64,000 nt of DNA, taken from a virus. This document shows positions 29,550 to 39,977 of the stretch, piece by piece; within the stretch, counting starts at the first letter, position 1, and each line of letters begins with the position of its first letter. Location: IMG/VR virus record IMGVR_UViG_3300046314_000711; one strand, 5' to 3'. The notes beneath the pieces are model-generated. The model worked only from the letters and a program-made list of their open reading frames with translations. It was not told the origin of the DNA and made no database searches. Both the position numbers and the translations under genes were made by a program.

Positions 29550-30852
29550 TCACACACTATCTCCTGATAATGCAGCATTGTTTGAAGCAATGCTGATATC
29601 CCTTACATCACCTCTTACACGGATGGTTGATAAACACTTAATCAAATGTGATGTTTGTGGTCACGAATTTACTGCAACACCAATATCTAAAGCAGCTAAC
29701 TATAAAAAACACGGTGCAGGGGGGTGTCCAAAATGCACTGCAGCAAATCGGTCCGCTGCTTTAACTGGTAAGAAGTCTACAAAACCGTTTCAAGTATTTT
29801 GGGATCAACTCAGTTCCCGTCTCCAGGGGACTCCAGTCGACATCACTGCTGTAAAGCAATCGTATGAAATAACTCGATCGCAGAAAGTCCGAGTTGAGTG
29901 GAAGTGTTTAACAGATGCTACCCACTCAACTTGGATTACGACGATTGCGTCAGCAGTTGAGGGGCACGGGTGCCCAGAGTGTGGGAAAGCAAAATCTGCG
30001 CTATCACGACAGTTAATGGGAAAATCTTATAGATTAACAGCGGAATTGGGCAAAGAGCTCAAATCACCAATATTACTTGGCCCGAATAAATTACCATACA
30101 TTGAACTACAAGATAGGCGCGTGTCTATTGTTAGTCTTGATGATGTTGCAGAAAGTAAGTTTGGGAAATACAAGCTACGAGACACCGCTGATATTGTATT
30201 TTTTGAGGACGAGTGGAAAACTAATAAACAACTATTAGTGAAAAAAATGGATCATATCCTCGGAGTATCAACAGTTCGGTCAATATATGCGAGACAGTGT
30301 GTAGTACGATCGATATCGAATCAGGATACTAGAGAATTATTAAACGCTGCTCATGTACAGGGATTTGTAACTGCTCAGTATTGCTATGGGTTATTTTTTA
30401 ACGATGAATTGTTGGCAGTACAAACATTCTCTGCCCCTCGAGTTCTTATGTCACAAGGTGCTGAACCAAATACATATGAACTGATCCGATACGCAACGCG
30501 GGAAGATGTTCGAGTAGTTGGTGGAGCATCCAAATTACTAAAGGCATTTGTTGTAGAGCACTCTCCAAAGCTAATCTTTAGTCTAAGCGACAACAGATGG
30601 AGCGAAGGTAACCTATATCAACGATTGGGGTTTGTTAAGAAGGCTATTAACCCCCCTGATTATTTCTATATTGTTGATGGAGTACGCAAACACAGGTGGG
30701 GATTTCGCAAAGATAAGCTTCGCGATAATCCAAGTGTTAACTGGGATGCGACTCGTACTGAATATGATATGGTTCTCAACGATTTGCATATCGATCGTGT
30801 GTGGGGCAAAGGGACAACTCGGTGGGATTTGGTGTTGCAACCTGTTGCATAA
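29542..30852 (+). CDS. Hef-like homing endonuclease (nuclease motif looks degenerate)
   Basis: IYARQC, HVQG, YELIRYA, VVGGASKLLK, SDNRWSEG.LY..LGF..PPDY. Confidence 0.75.
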   Translation: MYNHTLSPDNAALFEAMLISLTSPLTRMVDKHLIKCDVCGHEFTATPISKAANYKKHGAGGCPKCTAANRSAALTGKKSTKPFQVFWDQLSSRLQGTPVDITAVKQSYEITRSQKVRVEWKCLTDATHSTWITTIASAVEGHGCPECGKAKSALSRQLMGKSYRLTAELGKELKSPILLGPNKLPYIELQDRRVSIVSLDDVAESKFGKYKLRDTADIVFFEDEWKTNKQLLVKKMDHILGVSTVRSIYARQCVVRSISNQDTRELLNAAHVQGFVTAQYCYGLFFNDELLAVQTFSAPRVLMSQGAEPNTYELIRYATREDVRVVGGASKLLKAFVVEHSPKLIFSLSDNRWSEGNLYQRLGFVKKAINPPDYFYIVDGVRKHRWGFRKDKLRDNPSVNWDATRTEYDMVLNDLHIDRVWGKGTTRWDLVLQPVA

Positions 30853-30893
30853 ATCTGTGACTATATATTTCACAACAATCAGACTCTTATACT

Positions 30894-31181
30894 ATGCAAA
30901 TCAAACCTCTCCACGACTTCGTTACTATTAAACCTGATGTGCCTGAAACCGTCTCAAGTGGTGGCATTGTACTGGTACAGAAGAAGCCAGAACAAGTTAC
31001 AGAGACAGGTACGGTAGTAGAAGTGGGACCTGGTATTCACATTGATGGACGATTTGATGAGATGGTCATTAAGGCTGGTGACCGTGTTTTGTTTAACAAA
31101 GGGACTGGCCAAACCGTTACAGTTGATGGCCAGCAAGTATTATTTTTGAAACAGCGTGATGTGATGGGTATTTTGCGCTAA
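30894..31181 (+). CDS. groES: Co-chaperonin GroES
   Basis: IKPLHD.V, SGGIVL, GTVVEVGPG, GDRVLF. Confidence 0.93.
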   Translation: MQIKPLHDFVTIKPDVPETVSSGGIVLVQKKPEQVTETGTVVEVGPGIHIDGRFDEMVIKAGDRVLFNKGTGQTVTVDGQQVLFLKQRDVMGILR

Positions 31182-31420
31182 TCTTTTCCAAGCAGTTCCC
31201 ACTGCTGCTCATCGACGAAGTGCATCTGACCATCATCTTCGATTGATCTCCATTTAAGCTCTGGACACTCTGCGTGACGGAGCTTTACTTTCATTGGCAT
31301 AATGCAACCGCAGTTGGTACACATTTTCATAGTGCTGTTGAACTGTGGACACGCTTTGCACGTACTGTAGCGCTCTTGTGCTATTTGCACGGTTGTAAAC
31401 ATGCTGCTGATTAGTGACAT
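31178..31420 (-). CDS. Small Cys-rich (Zn-binding) protein
   Basis: RxxxCxxCP..CxxCGC..K..CP..KW. Confidence 0.7.
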   Translation of the reverse strand: MSLISSMFTTVQIAQERYSTCKACPQFNSTMKMCTNCGCIMPMKVKLRHAECPELKWRSIEDDGQMHFVDEQQWELLGKD

Positions 31421-31421
31421 A

Positions 31422-31703
31422 TTACACTATAGGTTGTACAACGCTTACAGGCATCTTATGGAGGTGCAATATTCCGTTAATTAGTGAAAATGCTGTTGAT
31501 GATAATCCGTGTTGCATAATACCTAATTCTTCATCAGATAGTACTACACCAGTCGGCGTAACACGATAGTTGACGTGAAAGCGATCTAGTGCTTGTATCA
31601 GTGAGTTACCTGGATTAGTTGCATCAACGGCGTACCCAGTTGATTGCAGCACTTGAGTGCCACCCCCACAGCAGCTTGATTTATTGATAAATGTGAATTT
31701 CAT
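31422..31703 (-). CDS. Hypothetical protein
   Basis: ORF in minus-strand run after phoH; SSCCGGG motif. Confidence 0.5.
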   Translation of the reverse strand: MKFTFINKSSCCGGGTQVLQSTGYAVDATNPGNSLIQALDRFHVNYRVTPTGVVLSDEELGIMQHGLSSTAFSLINGILHLHKMPVSVVQPIV

Positions 31704-31787
31704 ATTAAAATCTGGAAAAAATTGTATAACTAACAGCGATGGCATCTCGTTAGCAGACGCAGTTGTACCATCGCTGGCTGGCTTTGA

Positions 31788-32621
31788 TTAGAACCCAAAT
31801 TCCTCGCAAGTTACTATCCAGTCTTTGGTCAGCGAGCTGCGAACTATATCATCAGGAGTGTAATAAACTTCACTAAAGTGTTTCATAGCTCTAGCAACTT
31901 TGATAAAATCTTGAAAGGCACTTTTATCTGTCTTGGAGTGGATCAAATCCGTCTGTCTAAAATCTCCACAGAAGATAACTTTTGACCGATGTCCCACGCG
32001 AGTCATAAGGGTATATATTTCTGACCAATTAAAATTCTGAATTTCATCTGCGATGATAATAGAATCATCCAGTGAAATTCCTCGCAGTGCCATTGTTGAT
32101 AGAAACCGTGCGTGTCCAGCTTCTTTCAATCTATCCCAAGCATCTGCACGTTTGAATAGCATCTGGCAAATCTCTTTATACGGAAGCTCAAATACCTCCA
32201 TCTTTTCTTCCAAGCTACCAGGTAAAAATCCAACATCTCGTCCACTTTGTACTGAACTTCGAACCACTACTACCCGTTCAAAAGAGTTATCTTTGCGGAG
32301 TACCTCTTCAATTGCTTTATACATTGGCATAGTTGTTTTTCCGGTTCCTGCAGATCCAAAACACCCTATGAAGTAATCTCCCCTATTATACATTTCGACG
32401 AATTTTGCTTGGTTGTCAGTTAGAGGTGTCAGTGTAGTTAAATGATCTAATTTAAGTCTCAGAGCATTGCTAACTACAGGTTGATGCCGATTTCTCCGCT
32501 CTTCATTTTCTACCTGCTCTACTCGTCGTTCAAAACCAGATGGTCGAGTATCACTGTGCTCAACTGGGGCAATTTCATGTAAGAGAGCTGAGTGTTTTTG
32601 TCGTTTATTGCTTGATGCCAT
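31788..32621 (-). CDS. phoH: PhoH-family ATPase
   Basis: PLTDNQ, GSAGTGKT, GFLPG, LRGISLD, DEIQN, TRVG, GDFRQTD, DIVRS. Confidence 0.95.
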   Translation of the reverse strand: MASSNKRQKHSALLHEIAPVEHSDTRPSGFERRVEQVENEERRNRHQPVVSNALRLKLDHLTTLTPLTDNQAKFVEMYNRGDYFIGCFGSAGTGKTTMPMYKAIEEVLRKDNSFERVVVVRSSVQSGRDVGFLPGSLEEKMEVFELPYKEICQMLFKRADAWDRLKEAGHARFLSTMALRGISLDDSIIIADEIQNFNWSEIYTLMTRVGHRSKVIFCGDFRQTDLIHSKTDKSAFQDFIKVARAMKHFSEVYYTPDDIVRSSLTKDWIVTCEEFGF

Positions 32622-32676
32622 GTGCGCGTTTCCAAATTTTGATTAAACAGTCTCTTTTATTATTCGACTGTTGCGT

Positions 32677-33132
32677 TTATGCTGAGGGTTTACTGAGATT
32701 TGGTTGAGGTGGTGGTAGAGTTGGTGGAGCCTCCTGTTGCTGCTGCGCCTGTTGTGTAGGCTTCTGCTGTGTATTCTTATCAATATCTATGGCAAGTTGC
32801 TTGACGGTGATCGCCAACTCTCGCTTTGTGGTATCCGATCGAGTAGTCCAGTGGATGAGATTTTGCTCATTTTTTGCAAGCATAGATGGGGAACGTGTAC
32901 CAAACTTTGCCACACGGTCTGCAGTTTCTTTTGAGGTTAGGTTCGATTTAATTTTCTCGAAATCACCAGGTTGTAGTTTCAGAACGTCATGATATTTTGG
33001 ATTAGCGAGAATCTGCAACCCAGTGATAATCGCAGCAATGCGTTTGAGTTGTTTTTCTTTGAGTTCTTCAATCCCACCTGACGTCATTGCATTGAGTAGT
33101 CTCGATAGGTATTGAGATGCGTTACTTGCCAT
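32677..33132 (-). CDS. Hypothetical protein
   Basis: 151 aa; late motif upstream; Q/P-rich tail. Confidence 0.6.
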   Translation of the reverse strand: MASNASQYLSRLLNAMTSGGIEELKEKQLKRIAAIITGLQILANPKYHDVLKLQPGDFEKIKSNLTSKETADRVAKFGTRSPSMLAKNEQNLIHWTTRSDTTKRELAITVKQLAIDIDKNTQQKPTQQAQQQQEAPPTLPPPQPNLSKPSA

Positions 33133-33196
33133 AGTGCCACGGAGTATTTGCAGTATTTATAAACAAAGAAAGAGGAGCATTGTGCTCCTCTTGTGA

Positions 33197-33664
33197 TTAT
33201 GCTGTTAGCAGTTTATCGTGTAGCGATTTGGATGTGAGTTTTCCAATCGGTACTACCTTTGGTTTTTTAGCCTCCGGTACAATTCGACTCACACCAATCG
33301 TTAACATTCCGTTTTCGAATGCTGCACCTACGACCTCCATATCCGCTTCAAGTTGCCAACGCCGCTCGAAGGCGCGTTGGCTGATGCCGCGATGGATGTA
33401 CTGCAAATCCTTTGCATCTGTATCATCAGTCTGCTTTGCAGTTTTTACAATTAGTTGCAAGTCCTCGGTTGAAATTTCCACATCGTCTTGTGAATACCCA
33501 GCAAGAGCGAGTTGAATAACCCAGTTATCGTCCTTACGGATGATGTTTACAGGTGGGTAGTTACCGACAAAACGTCGCACTTCTGTTGAGCGTGCGTGTT
33601 CGATTTGATTTGCAATACGTTGGAAGTCGAGCAGAAATAGCCCAGCGATATCATTAGTAGTCAT
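33197..33664 (-). CDS. Small heat-shock protein (Hsp20/IbpA-like)
   Basis: NYPPVNI, LALAGY, YIHRGIS.RAFER, AAFENGML, PEAKKP. Confidence 0.95.
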   Translation of the reverse strand: MTTNDIAGLFLLDFQRIANQIEHARSTEVRRFVGNYPPVNIIRKDDNWVIQLALAGYSQDDVEISTEDLQLIVKTAKQTDDTDAKDLQYIHRGISQRAFERRWQLEADMEVVGAAFENGMLTIGVSRIVPEAKKPKVVPIGKLTSKSLHDKLLTA

Positions 33665-33720
33665 TATTTTCTCCTATAGTAGCAAGTTTTGACTTTGTAC
33701 GGACCCAAATAGGCATCCAT
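33665..33720 (-). promoter_or_regulatory. ROSE-like RNA thermometer in hsp20 5'UTR
   Basis: Minus strand GGATGCC..GGGTCC hairpin then CTTGCT-ACTAT-AGGAG; the UUGCU ROSE motif can pair with the SD. Confidence 0.6.
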
Positions 33721-33797
33721 ACCTGTATATATTAGTACTCATCGAAGGGTGGCGTAAACTTTTCACTAAATACTTAACAATTGCACTGTACACACTG

Positions 33798-36671
33798 ATG
33801 ACATCGCAAACATTTTTTGACGCTCCTGGTGGCATTCGCCGCGAGGGTAATGAACAAACACTCACCTTCACTCGCACTTCCCCAACGACTGGTACAGTAT
33901 GTTGGACACCAGTCCCTCCGACTGGTCCGAGTTGTGGTACCCCAACTGGGCACTACGCTGGTGGTGTACTTGTTGGAAGTACGTCTCCGATCAGTCAGGG
34001 TGAAAAGCCTGCCAACGGCACATGCTGTTACACTGGCGATCCAACGTTATCAGCACAGTTGTTCGCAGGTGATATGCTAGGCAACGCGAAAGTATTGTGG
34101 AGTAGCAACACAGACACGAAGACTGGTTGTATTGACGTCACAGGGCTGGACGGTAATTGTGCTGCATACTACTTTGCATTTTTTGCGATCGACAACACTT
34201 GCCAATATAATCAAGACGGCATTTACAGTTACTCTCAACCGTTGTCTACGTCTGTTATCCAATGTACGCAAGGCAGTCAATGTTTGTTTTCAAACGGTGC
34301 TCGTCCAACAGACCCGCTTGCACTGCAGACTCCAGGTGGTACTACTGATCCTGCTACTCAAACTTTCCCTATCCAAATCAACATTGATGGTGTAACAACA
34401 TCGTTGGTGCTACGTGGATCACAACTTACAACATATCAATCGCTTGTTGATGAACTCAATACAGCTTGGCAGCGTGCTGGGTCAACGCCGATCGAATCTG
34501 CTAATCCACCACACTATGGTGAGTTCGTTACCGTTGGTGGATCGTGGTATCAATTTGATGGCACCACATCTCGTCAAATCTTTCCGTTGGTGCGAGCAAT
34601 AGATCCGCATGCGCCTACTGTAAATGATATCTGGGTCAATCGCGCGACTGGTGAATTGGTTGTGTGGAATGGTTCAATGTGGGTTATACCTTCATCCCCT
34701 GTCATTCATTTTCCTCAAGATCCTACAATTGTAGGCTGCGATCAATTGTGGTATGATGGCAACACAGCACGTCGGTTCGATGGAGTTACTTGGATTGATC
34801 AACTTACACACACGTCCGTCAATGACCCAGCAGCAACCCCTGCACTAACCTGCAATACATTTTGGCATCACGGTAACGTATTCAGTCGCTGGAATGATAA
34901 AGCACTTGCTTGGACTCAAGTGTCAGTATTATCATTCCCAACTGACCCATTGTTGGTACCTAATGGTACGATGTTATTCAATCCGATGACATTAACATTG
35001 CAGCTGTGGAACGGGTTAATTTGGGTTAGTCAGCAGTTTGTGAATAGCACTACTACCCCCGTATCTCCTGTAGCAAATACGTTGTGGTTTAATCCGAGTG
35101 TGAATCTGTTATCTAAGTTTAATGGATTGACGTCTACTTGGGGTAACATTCAAGTCTCTATCGCTACTAAGCCAATCAATAATATATCTGTTGGTGAACT
35201 GTGGTTTAACACTACTACTTCGACCCTGCATGAGTACTCATCAAGTGGTTGGATTGATGTTACAGCAACGACACACACCTCTAGTATTGATCCCTCACTA
35301 CCTGTTGTCATACCTCAGGGAGCGCTATGGAAGACAACATCACAGTGGTTTGTTCGCAGTGGCTCTATTTGGAGTGGGGTCGATGTTATTGAAAGTTCAA
35401 CTGATCCTCGTACATTGTCGTCGGGGTTTTGGTTTAACCCAATTACTGCTACGTGGTATCAACGTAATGGAGCATCTTGGAGCGTTGTGACTCCAACGTT
35501 TACGACCGCATATGATCCGGTAACTCCGCAACTAGGTGCAACATGGTTTAATGGCACTAGTTTATTCCAACAAACTACTCCGACAGCTTGGACGATGGTT
35601 CCATTCAGTACCACGCTAGTAGTTACGGCAACCGGCCAGCGGTGGTTGAATACTACGTCTGGTTCGATGTTTGTGTGGTCTGGTACTACTTGGATGGAAC
35701 AGCATCCTCCGTACATAGCTGCGTTCAATGCGAATAATGATATTGTAGTTACATCTGCAGTGTGCGGTGAACCATCATATATTGAGTTTACTGATGCTCC
35801 GATATTATTCTCATTACTGCGATTTACAGCCGCTCGTCCAACACCTGGGTTGGATGGTAAATCAGGTACACCAATGTATGCGGAACTAGGCGTTGGTACA
35901 GACGGTAGTGTTGATGAGCGCAGAATGATCATTGATAATTTATACACTCGTTTGGGGCATCCTGTTATCAATGTTGAATTAACTCGTGCGCAGATGGATC
36001 TTGCAGTACAAAAGGGCCTCGATTACATTCGTCGCGACTCAGGTGCAGGATACAATCGTGGATACTTCTTCTTGGATCTCAATGCAGGTCAACAGCACTA
36101 CACACTAACTAGCAAGACGGTTGGGTACAACAAGATTGTTGATGTGTTGTTCGTATATCGCCCCCGTGGAGGATTCTTAAATTCAACATTCGGCGGAGAA
36201 ATATACGGCCAACAGATGCTGCAACAATTATATGTCTCGGGTACATTCGACATCTTGACATATCACTTGCTTGCAAGCTATCAAAGTGTTGTTTCGAAGT
36301 TATTCGCATCGGATTTCCAATATGACTGGTCCGAACGCACTCGTGTGTTAGCTATTAAACGCAAAATTGGACGCGGTGAGCGTGTGTTGATAGATGCAGT
36401 TATTGAGCGCACAGAACAGGACTTGCTGACTGATCGCATAACAAAAAACTGGGTCGAGAACTGGGCACTATCAGAAGCTAAAATGATGCTAGCTGAAATG
36501 CGTGGCAAATATCAAAGTCTGCCGGGTGCTGGGGGTGCAATTTCGATGAATGGTGCTGAACTAAAAGGTGATGCACAAACGATGCAAGATAAGTTGAGAC
36601 AAGAGATTTACGATTTTGTCGCATCTGATGTTGAAACTTGGGGCATTGGTGCAAGCATCACTAGGGGATAA
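33798..36671 (+). CDS. Neck protein gp13-like with large N-terminal extension
   Basis: C-terminal RLGHPVINVELT..Q, GKYQSLPG.GG.I.MNG..L; N-terminal Trp-rich repeats (LWFN). Confidence 0.8.
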   Translation: MTSQTFFDAPGGIRREGNEQTLTFTRTSPTTGTVCWTPVPPTGPSCGTPTGHYAGGVLVGSTSPISQGEKPANGTCCYTGDPTLSAQLFAGDMLGNAKVLWSSNTDTKTGCIDVTGLDGNCAAYYFAFFAIDNTCQYNQDGIYSYSQPLSTSVIQCTQGSQCLFSNGARPTDPLALQTPGGTTDPATQTFPIQINIDGVTTSLVLRGSQLTTYQSLVDELNTAWQRAGSTPIESANPPHYGEFVTVGGSWYQFDGTTSRQIFPLVRAIDPHAPTVNDIWVNRATGELVVWNGSMWVIPSSPVIHFPQDPTIVGCDQLWYDGNTARRFDGVTWIDQLTHTSVNDPAATPALTCNTFWHHGNVFSRWNDKALAWTQVSVLSFPTDPLLVPNGTMLFNPMTLTLQLWNGLIWVSQQFVNSTTTPVSPVANTLWFNPSVNLLSKFNGLTSTWGNIQVSIATKPINNISVGELWFNTTTSTLHEYSSSGWIDVTATTHTSSIDPSLPVVIPQGALWKTTSQWFVRSGSIWSGVDVIESSTDPRTLSSGFWFNPITATWYQRNGASWSVVTPTFTTAYDPVTPQLGATWFNGTSLFQQTTPTAWTMVPFSTTLVVTATGQRWLNTTSGSMFVWSGTTWMEQHPPYIAAFNANNDIVVTSAVCGEPSYIEFTDAPILFSLLRFTAARPTPGLDGKSGTPMYAELGVGTDGSVDERRMIIDNLYTRLGHPVINVELTRAQMDLAVQKGLDYIRRDSGAGYNRGYFFLDLNAGQQHYTLTSKTVGYNKIVDVLFVYRPRGGFLNSTFGGEIYGQQMLQQLYVSGTFDILTYHLLASYQSVVSKLFASDFQYDWSERTRVLAIKRKIGRGERVLIDAVIERTEQDLLTDRITKNWVENWALSEAKMMLAEMRGKYQSLPGAGGAISMNGAELKGDAQTMQDKLRQEIYDFVASDVETWGIGASITRG

Positions 36672-36673
36672 AA

Positions 36674-38443
36674 ATGAGTATCTTTCTTGATCCATCCATT
36701 GTTCCAACTGCTGCTCCTGCACCGGAACAGCGTCAATTATTCCCAAACACTCCAAAGTTCGTTGAACGCAATGCTTGCCCACCTAGCGATGGTTGTGAGA
36801 CAGGTGACTGTGCTCTGTTACCACACATAGGTGCGGATGTACTGCCTATCCAAGGTCCTGGTTGTATCATTATTCAACCTAATGGAGATGTTTGTTCAAT
36901 CCCTACCTCTCCGAAGACGTCTACAGCTAGTCAATTGACTAATCAGCACACTGATAATAATTACATGAATTCGGTTGCATTGCAACAACTGAACATGGGC
37001 GGAGCGAACGCTTGTGTGTATAAATTGCTCGGTGTTCACCAGCAAGGTACACTAATTGATGCCGCAGGCTTCGGAACAGCGATTGCAAGCGACTTTGTCC
37101 CAGATTTCCCTCCAAGCAACGCATTTGATCGATTTGCATCCCATTGGGTAAGTGACGCGTTGGGTACCAAACTCAAAGATTCGTGGATTGGTTACGATTT
37201 TGGAATGGTTAAACGTGTAAACGGTCTTCAACAGTATTCAAATGAAGCCAATGCTGAGGCTCGTAAACACATCACAAGCATTGCTATCAAGCAAAGTGGT
37301 ACTGTACAAAATATGGTCAATCGTGCGCGCGTGGAGCGCAGCGATGATGGCATTCGTTGGTTCGGTGTTGATGTTGTTAATATTCCTCAAAATACCGAAC
37401 GCAACATTATTGCTGTCAAGCAGAGCGTTGCATCTAGGATGTGGAGATTGAGGCCAGTGGAGGTTAATACCGATCGATGGATTGTGGAAACACTTGAACT
37501 GTTTGAATTCGTCCAAACGGATATTGTCAACATACAGGATAGTCCACTATTCCAAGAAGATCGAGACCGTTCATACTGTATTAATCCAGTAAAAATGAAG
37601 ATATATTATGACTTGATTGATATCAATACTGAACTCGCAAGATTTGGTATCGACTTGCCGTCAGCAACGCTTACGATGACTACACATTTTGGTGAAACTG
37701 TGCGATTACTCGGACGTGGGTTTATCATAGGGGATGTGATTGAGATCCCAAGTGAATTGCAATTTACTCCTGATATGAAAATAGTCCGTAAGTATGTTGA
37801 GATTACGGATGTTAGTTGGTCCACACGTGGTTATACACCTGGTTGGATGCCGTTATTCCAGCGGATTACCACCCGTCCAATGCTCGCAGCTCAGGAAACG
37901 ATGGATATTGTTGGATCACTCGAACCAAATATCGGTGCTATGGGCGACGGCTTTAACTCGCTTGATACAGTATTTTCAACAGGTCCGTTCCAAGCTAATG
38001 AGCAAATCCAAATTGCAGCTGATATGATGACCCCTCAGCTCGGCATTGATGAGCAAGTCGTTGCTAATATAGACGAAGTTCCAGCTCAACACCAACAAGT
38101 AGCAGCTGACCACGGCATTAACATTGCAAAACTAACCTCTAATTATGGTACTCCCAAGAATACGCGCACTGCAATGCCCCCTGCTGGTACTAAACCTGAG
38201 ATGTTCTCGACGAGTGATGATTCCGTTGGCTTCCCACTCAATCCAAAAAATAACCAATATCACCGCGTCACATACGAAAGTCACACTCTGGAACAAATAC
38301 CACCCCGCCTATACCGATACAGTAAAGCGAAGAATCGCTGGGTATATTTGGAAACTGATGAACGCTGGGCACAGCAAGCTAATAAAACACGATTAAAATC
38401 GTACATCGTCGATACTGACAGTACCCCAATAGAGGACTTATAA
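36674..38443 (+). CDS. Neck protein gp14-like with discoidin-like insert
   Basis: LFQEDRDRSY, ELARFGI, GDVIEIP; insert NAFD..W..WIGYDFG..SDDG.RW..RMWRL. Confidence 0.7.
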   Translation: MSIFLDPSIVPTAAPAPEQRQLFPNTPKFVERNACPPSDGCETGDCALLPHIGADVLPIQGPGCIIIQPNGDVCSIPTSPKTSTASQLTNQHTDNNYMNSVALQQLNMGGANACVYKLLGVHQQGTLIDAAGFGTAIASDFVPDFPPSNAFDRFASHWVSDALGTKLKDSWIGYDFGMVKRVNGLQQYSNEANAEARKHITSIAIKQSGTVQNMVNRARVERSDDGIRWFGVDVVNIPQNTERNIIAVKQSVASRMWRLRPVEVNTDRWIVETLELFEFVQTDIVNIQDSPLFQEDRDRSYCINPVKMKIYYDLIDINTELARFGIDLPSATLTMTTHFGETVRLLGRGFIIGDVIEIPSELQFTPDMKIVRKYVEITDVSWSTRGYTPGWMPLFQRITTRPMLAAQETMDIVGSLEPNIGAMGDGFNSLDTVFSTGPFQANEQIQIAADMMTPQLGIDEQVVANIDEVPAQHQQVAADHGINIAKLTSNYGTPKNTRTAMPPAGTKPEMFSTSDDSVGFPLNPKNNQYHRVTYESHTLEQIPPRLYRYSKAKNRWVYLETDERWAQQANKTRLKSYIVDTDSTPIEDL

Positions 38444-39207
38444 TGAGATCGCAACCATATTTTTATACACACCAAATAGAACGCTATTTAATTCAATTCA
38501 CAAACATCTTTACGGGATTTACTGTGAGAGTTGGGCAAGGCGATCGTGAGCAATCAATTTCTGTTCCAGCAATGTATGGTAGCATTGATAAAGTAGTTGC
38601 ATCTGTGCAAGCTGGTAACACACAGAATAAACCTGTTCGGTTGCCGGTAATATCGACGTTTATGACGGGGATTGAGCTAGCACCAGATTTATACAAAGGT
38701 GTTGGTGGAGAAGAACGATCCACATACCTACCAAGCGGTGGGTTATTGCCGGATGATATTAGAGTTGTTCATCGGTACATGCCGATTCCGTACCGCGTAT
38801 CAACAGACGTGTATGTATTTGTTAGTAATCAACAGCAACAACTAGAATTACTCGAGCAATTGTTAATCTTATTTGACCCAACATTGCTAATCCAGACGAG
38901 TGATAGTAAGTGGGATTGGACAAAACTATCGTACGTCGAACTCAAAGGCGTTGCACTTGAAGAAACAATTCCAGCGGGTGGAGAACCTCGTAATATTTTT
39001 GCTCGTCTATCATTCTCGTTTCCGATTTGGTTAACACCACCAGCAAAACAAAAAACAGACTTTGTTGAGAAAATCTTCATACGAGTGGGTGCATCAGATG
39101 ATATGAATCCTGATGCTATTGTTGATTTCTTTGACGGAATGCCGCTTGGTTATATCAAAGCAGTTGATGCAACTGAACTATTCACCCCACCTCCACCGGT
39201 ATTGTGA
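38443..39207 (+). CDS. Tail terminator / sheath stabiliser gp15-like
   Basis: YFY..QIERY..QF..IF, VP.MYG, LPVIS, PIPY, LEQL..LFDP. Confidence 0.85.
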   Translation: MRSQPYFYTHQIERYLIQFTNIFTGFTVRVGQGDREQSISVPAMYGSIDKVVASVQAGNTQNKPVRLPVISTFMTGIELAPDLYKGVGGEERSTYLPSGGLLPDDIRVVHRYMPIPYRVSTDVYVFVSNQQQQLELLEQLLILFDPTLLIQTSDSKWDWTKLSYVELKGVALEETIPAGGEPRNIFARLSFSFPIWLTPPAKQKTDFVEKIFIRVGASDDMNPDAIVDFFDGMPLGYIKAVDATELFTPPPPVL

Positions 39208-39878
39208 ATACATCGTCGTGAGCAGTAGTTGTTGTATTTGTGTCTGTAGTGGTTAAACGTGACAAATCCAGTACAATGCTTGCATCCAACTGGCTCGTCT
39301 ATGTTGTTAAGTAAGCAGTAGATTTGCTCGCGTACCCCACCATCGCACCAATCATATTGATCTCGAAACTGTGCCCACACGTCTCTACGAATCTGCGCAA
39401 ATAACTCCCAGTGTGCATTAAGCACGATGCGCCCATTTTTATTAATTAAAATTTGCGCTTGTACTAACAATTCTAGTATGGACTTGTCACGAAACGATGG
39501 ATCGGCGAGATTTCGGATTAGTACACGATCAGCCGCTGCAATTAATCGTTCGATCTTTTGTCGATTGTGTAACTTTCGTCTGTGTTTATTTAACTCATAC
39601 CCTTCTCGCCCAGTCCCTGATTCTGGCATTAGATTAGCCCACTCATCTGACAAATCCACTTGCCATATTTCACTGTAATGTAGTCCCCATGTACGAATGC
39701 TAGCATAGTCATCACACTCTTTGAGTACTTCGGTAGTAAAATCATAACCGTGTTTTTTTAAGTGTCGTATCCAATATTTCCCACTACCTGGATGCCGATG
39801 TGGATTGGGATTTTTGGTGCTTCCGAGATATTTCAATCCAGTTTTATTGTGGGTTTTTACGTATAGATATATTTTCAT
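39150..39878 (-). CDS. Seg-like GIY-YIG homing endonuclease
   Basis: IYLYVKTHNKTGLKYLG..GSGKYW..HLKKHG..WANL.PE. Confidence 0.85.
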   Translation of the reverse strand: MKIYLYVKTHNKTGLKYLGSTKNPNPHRHPGSGKYWIRHLKKHGYDFTTEVLKECDDYASIRTWGLHYSEIWQVDLSDEWANLMPESGTGREGYELNKHRRKLHNRQKIERLIAAADRVLIRNLADPSFRDKSILELLVQAQILINKNGRIVLNAHWELFAQIRRDVWAQFRDQYDWCDGGVREQIYCLLNNIDEPVGCKHCTGFVTFNHYRHKYNNYCSRRCIHNTGGGGVNSSVASTALI

Positions 39879-39977
39879 TGCAATTGATATGATTGATCTT
39901 GTATTTAGTCAGTGAAAGCGGCTGTCACTACCCCGTATTAATCATAAGTACGGTAGTACACACATGAGGTTCCTCTT

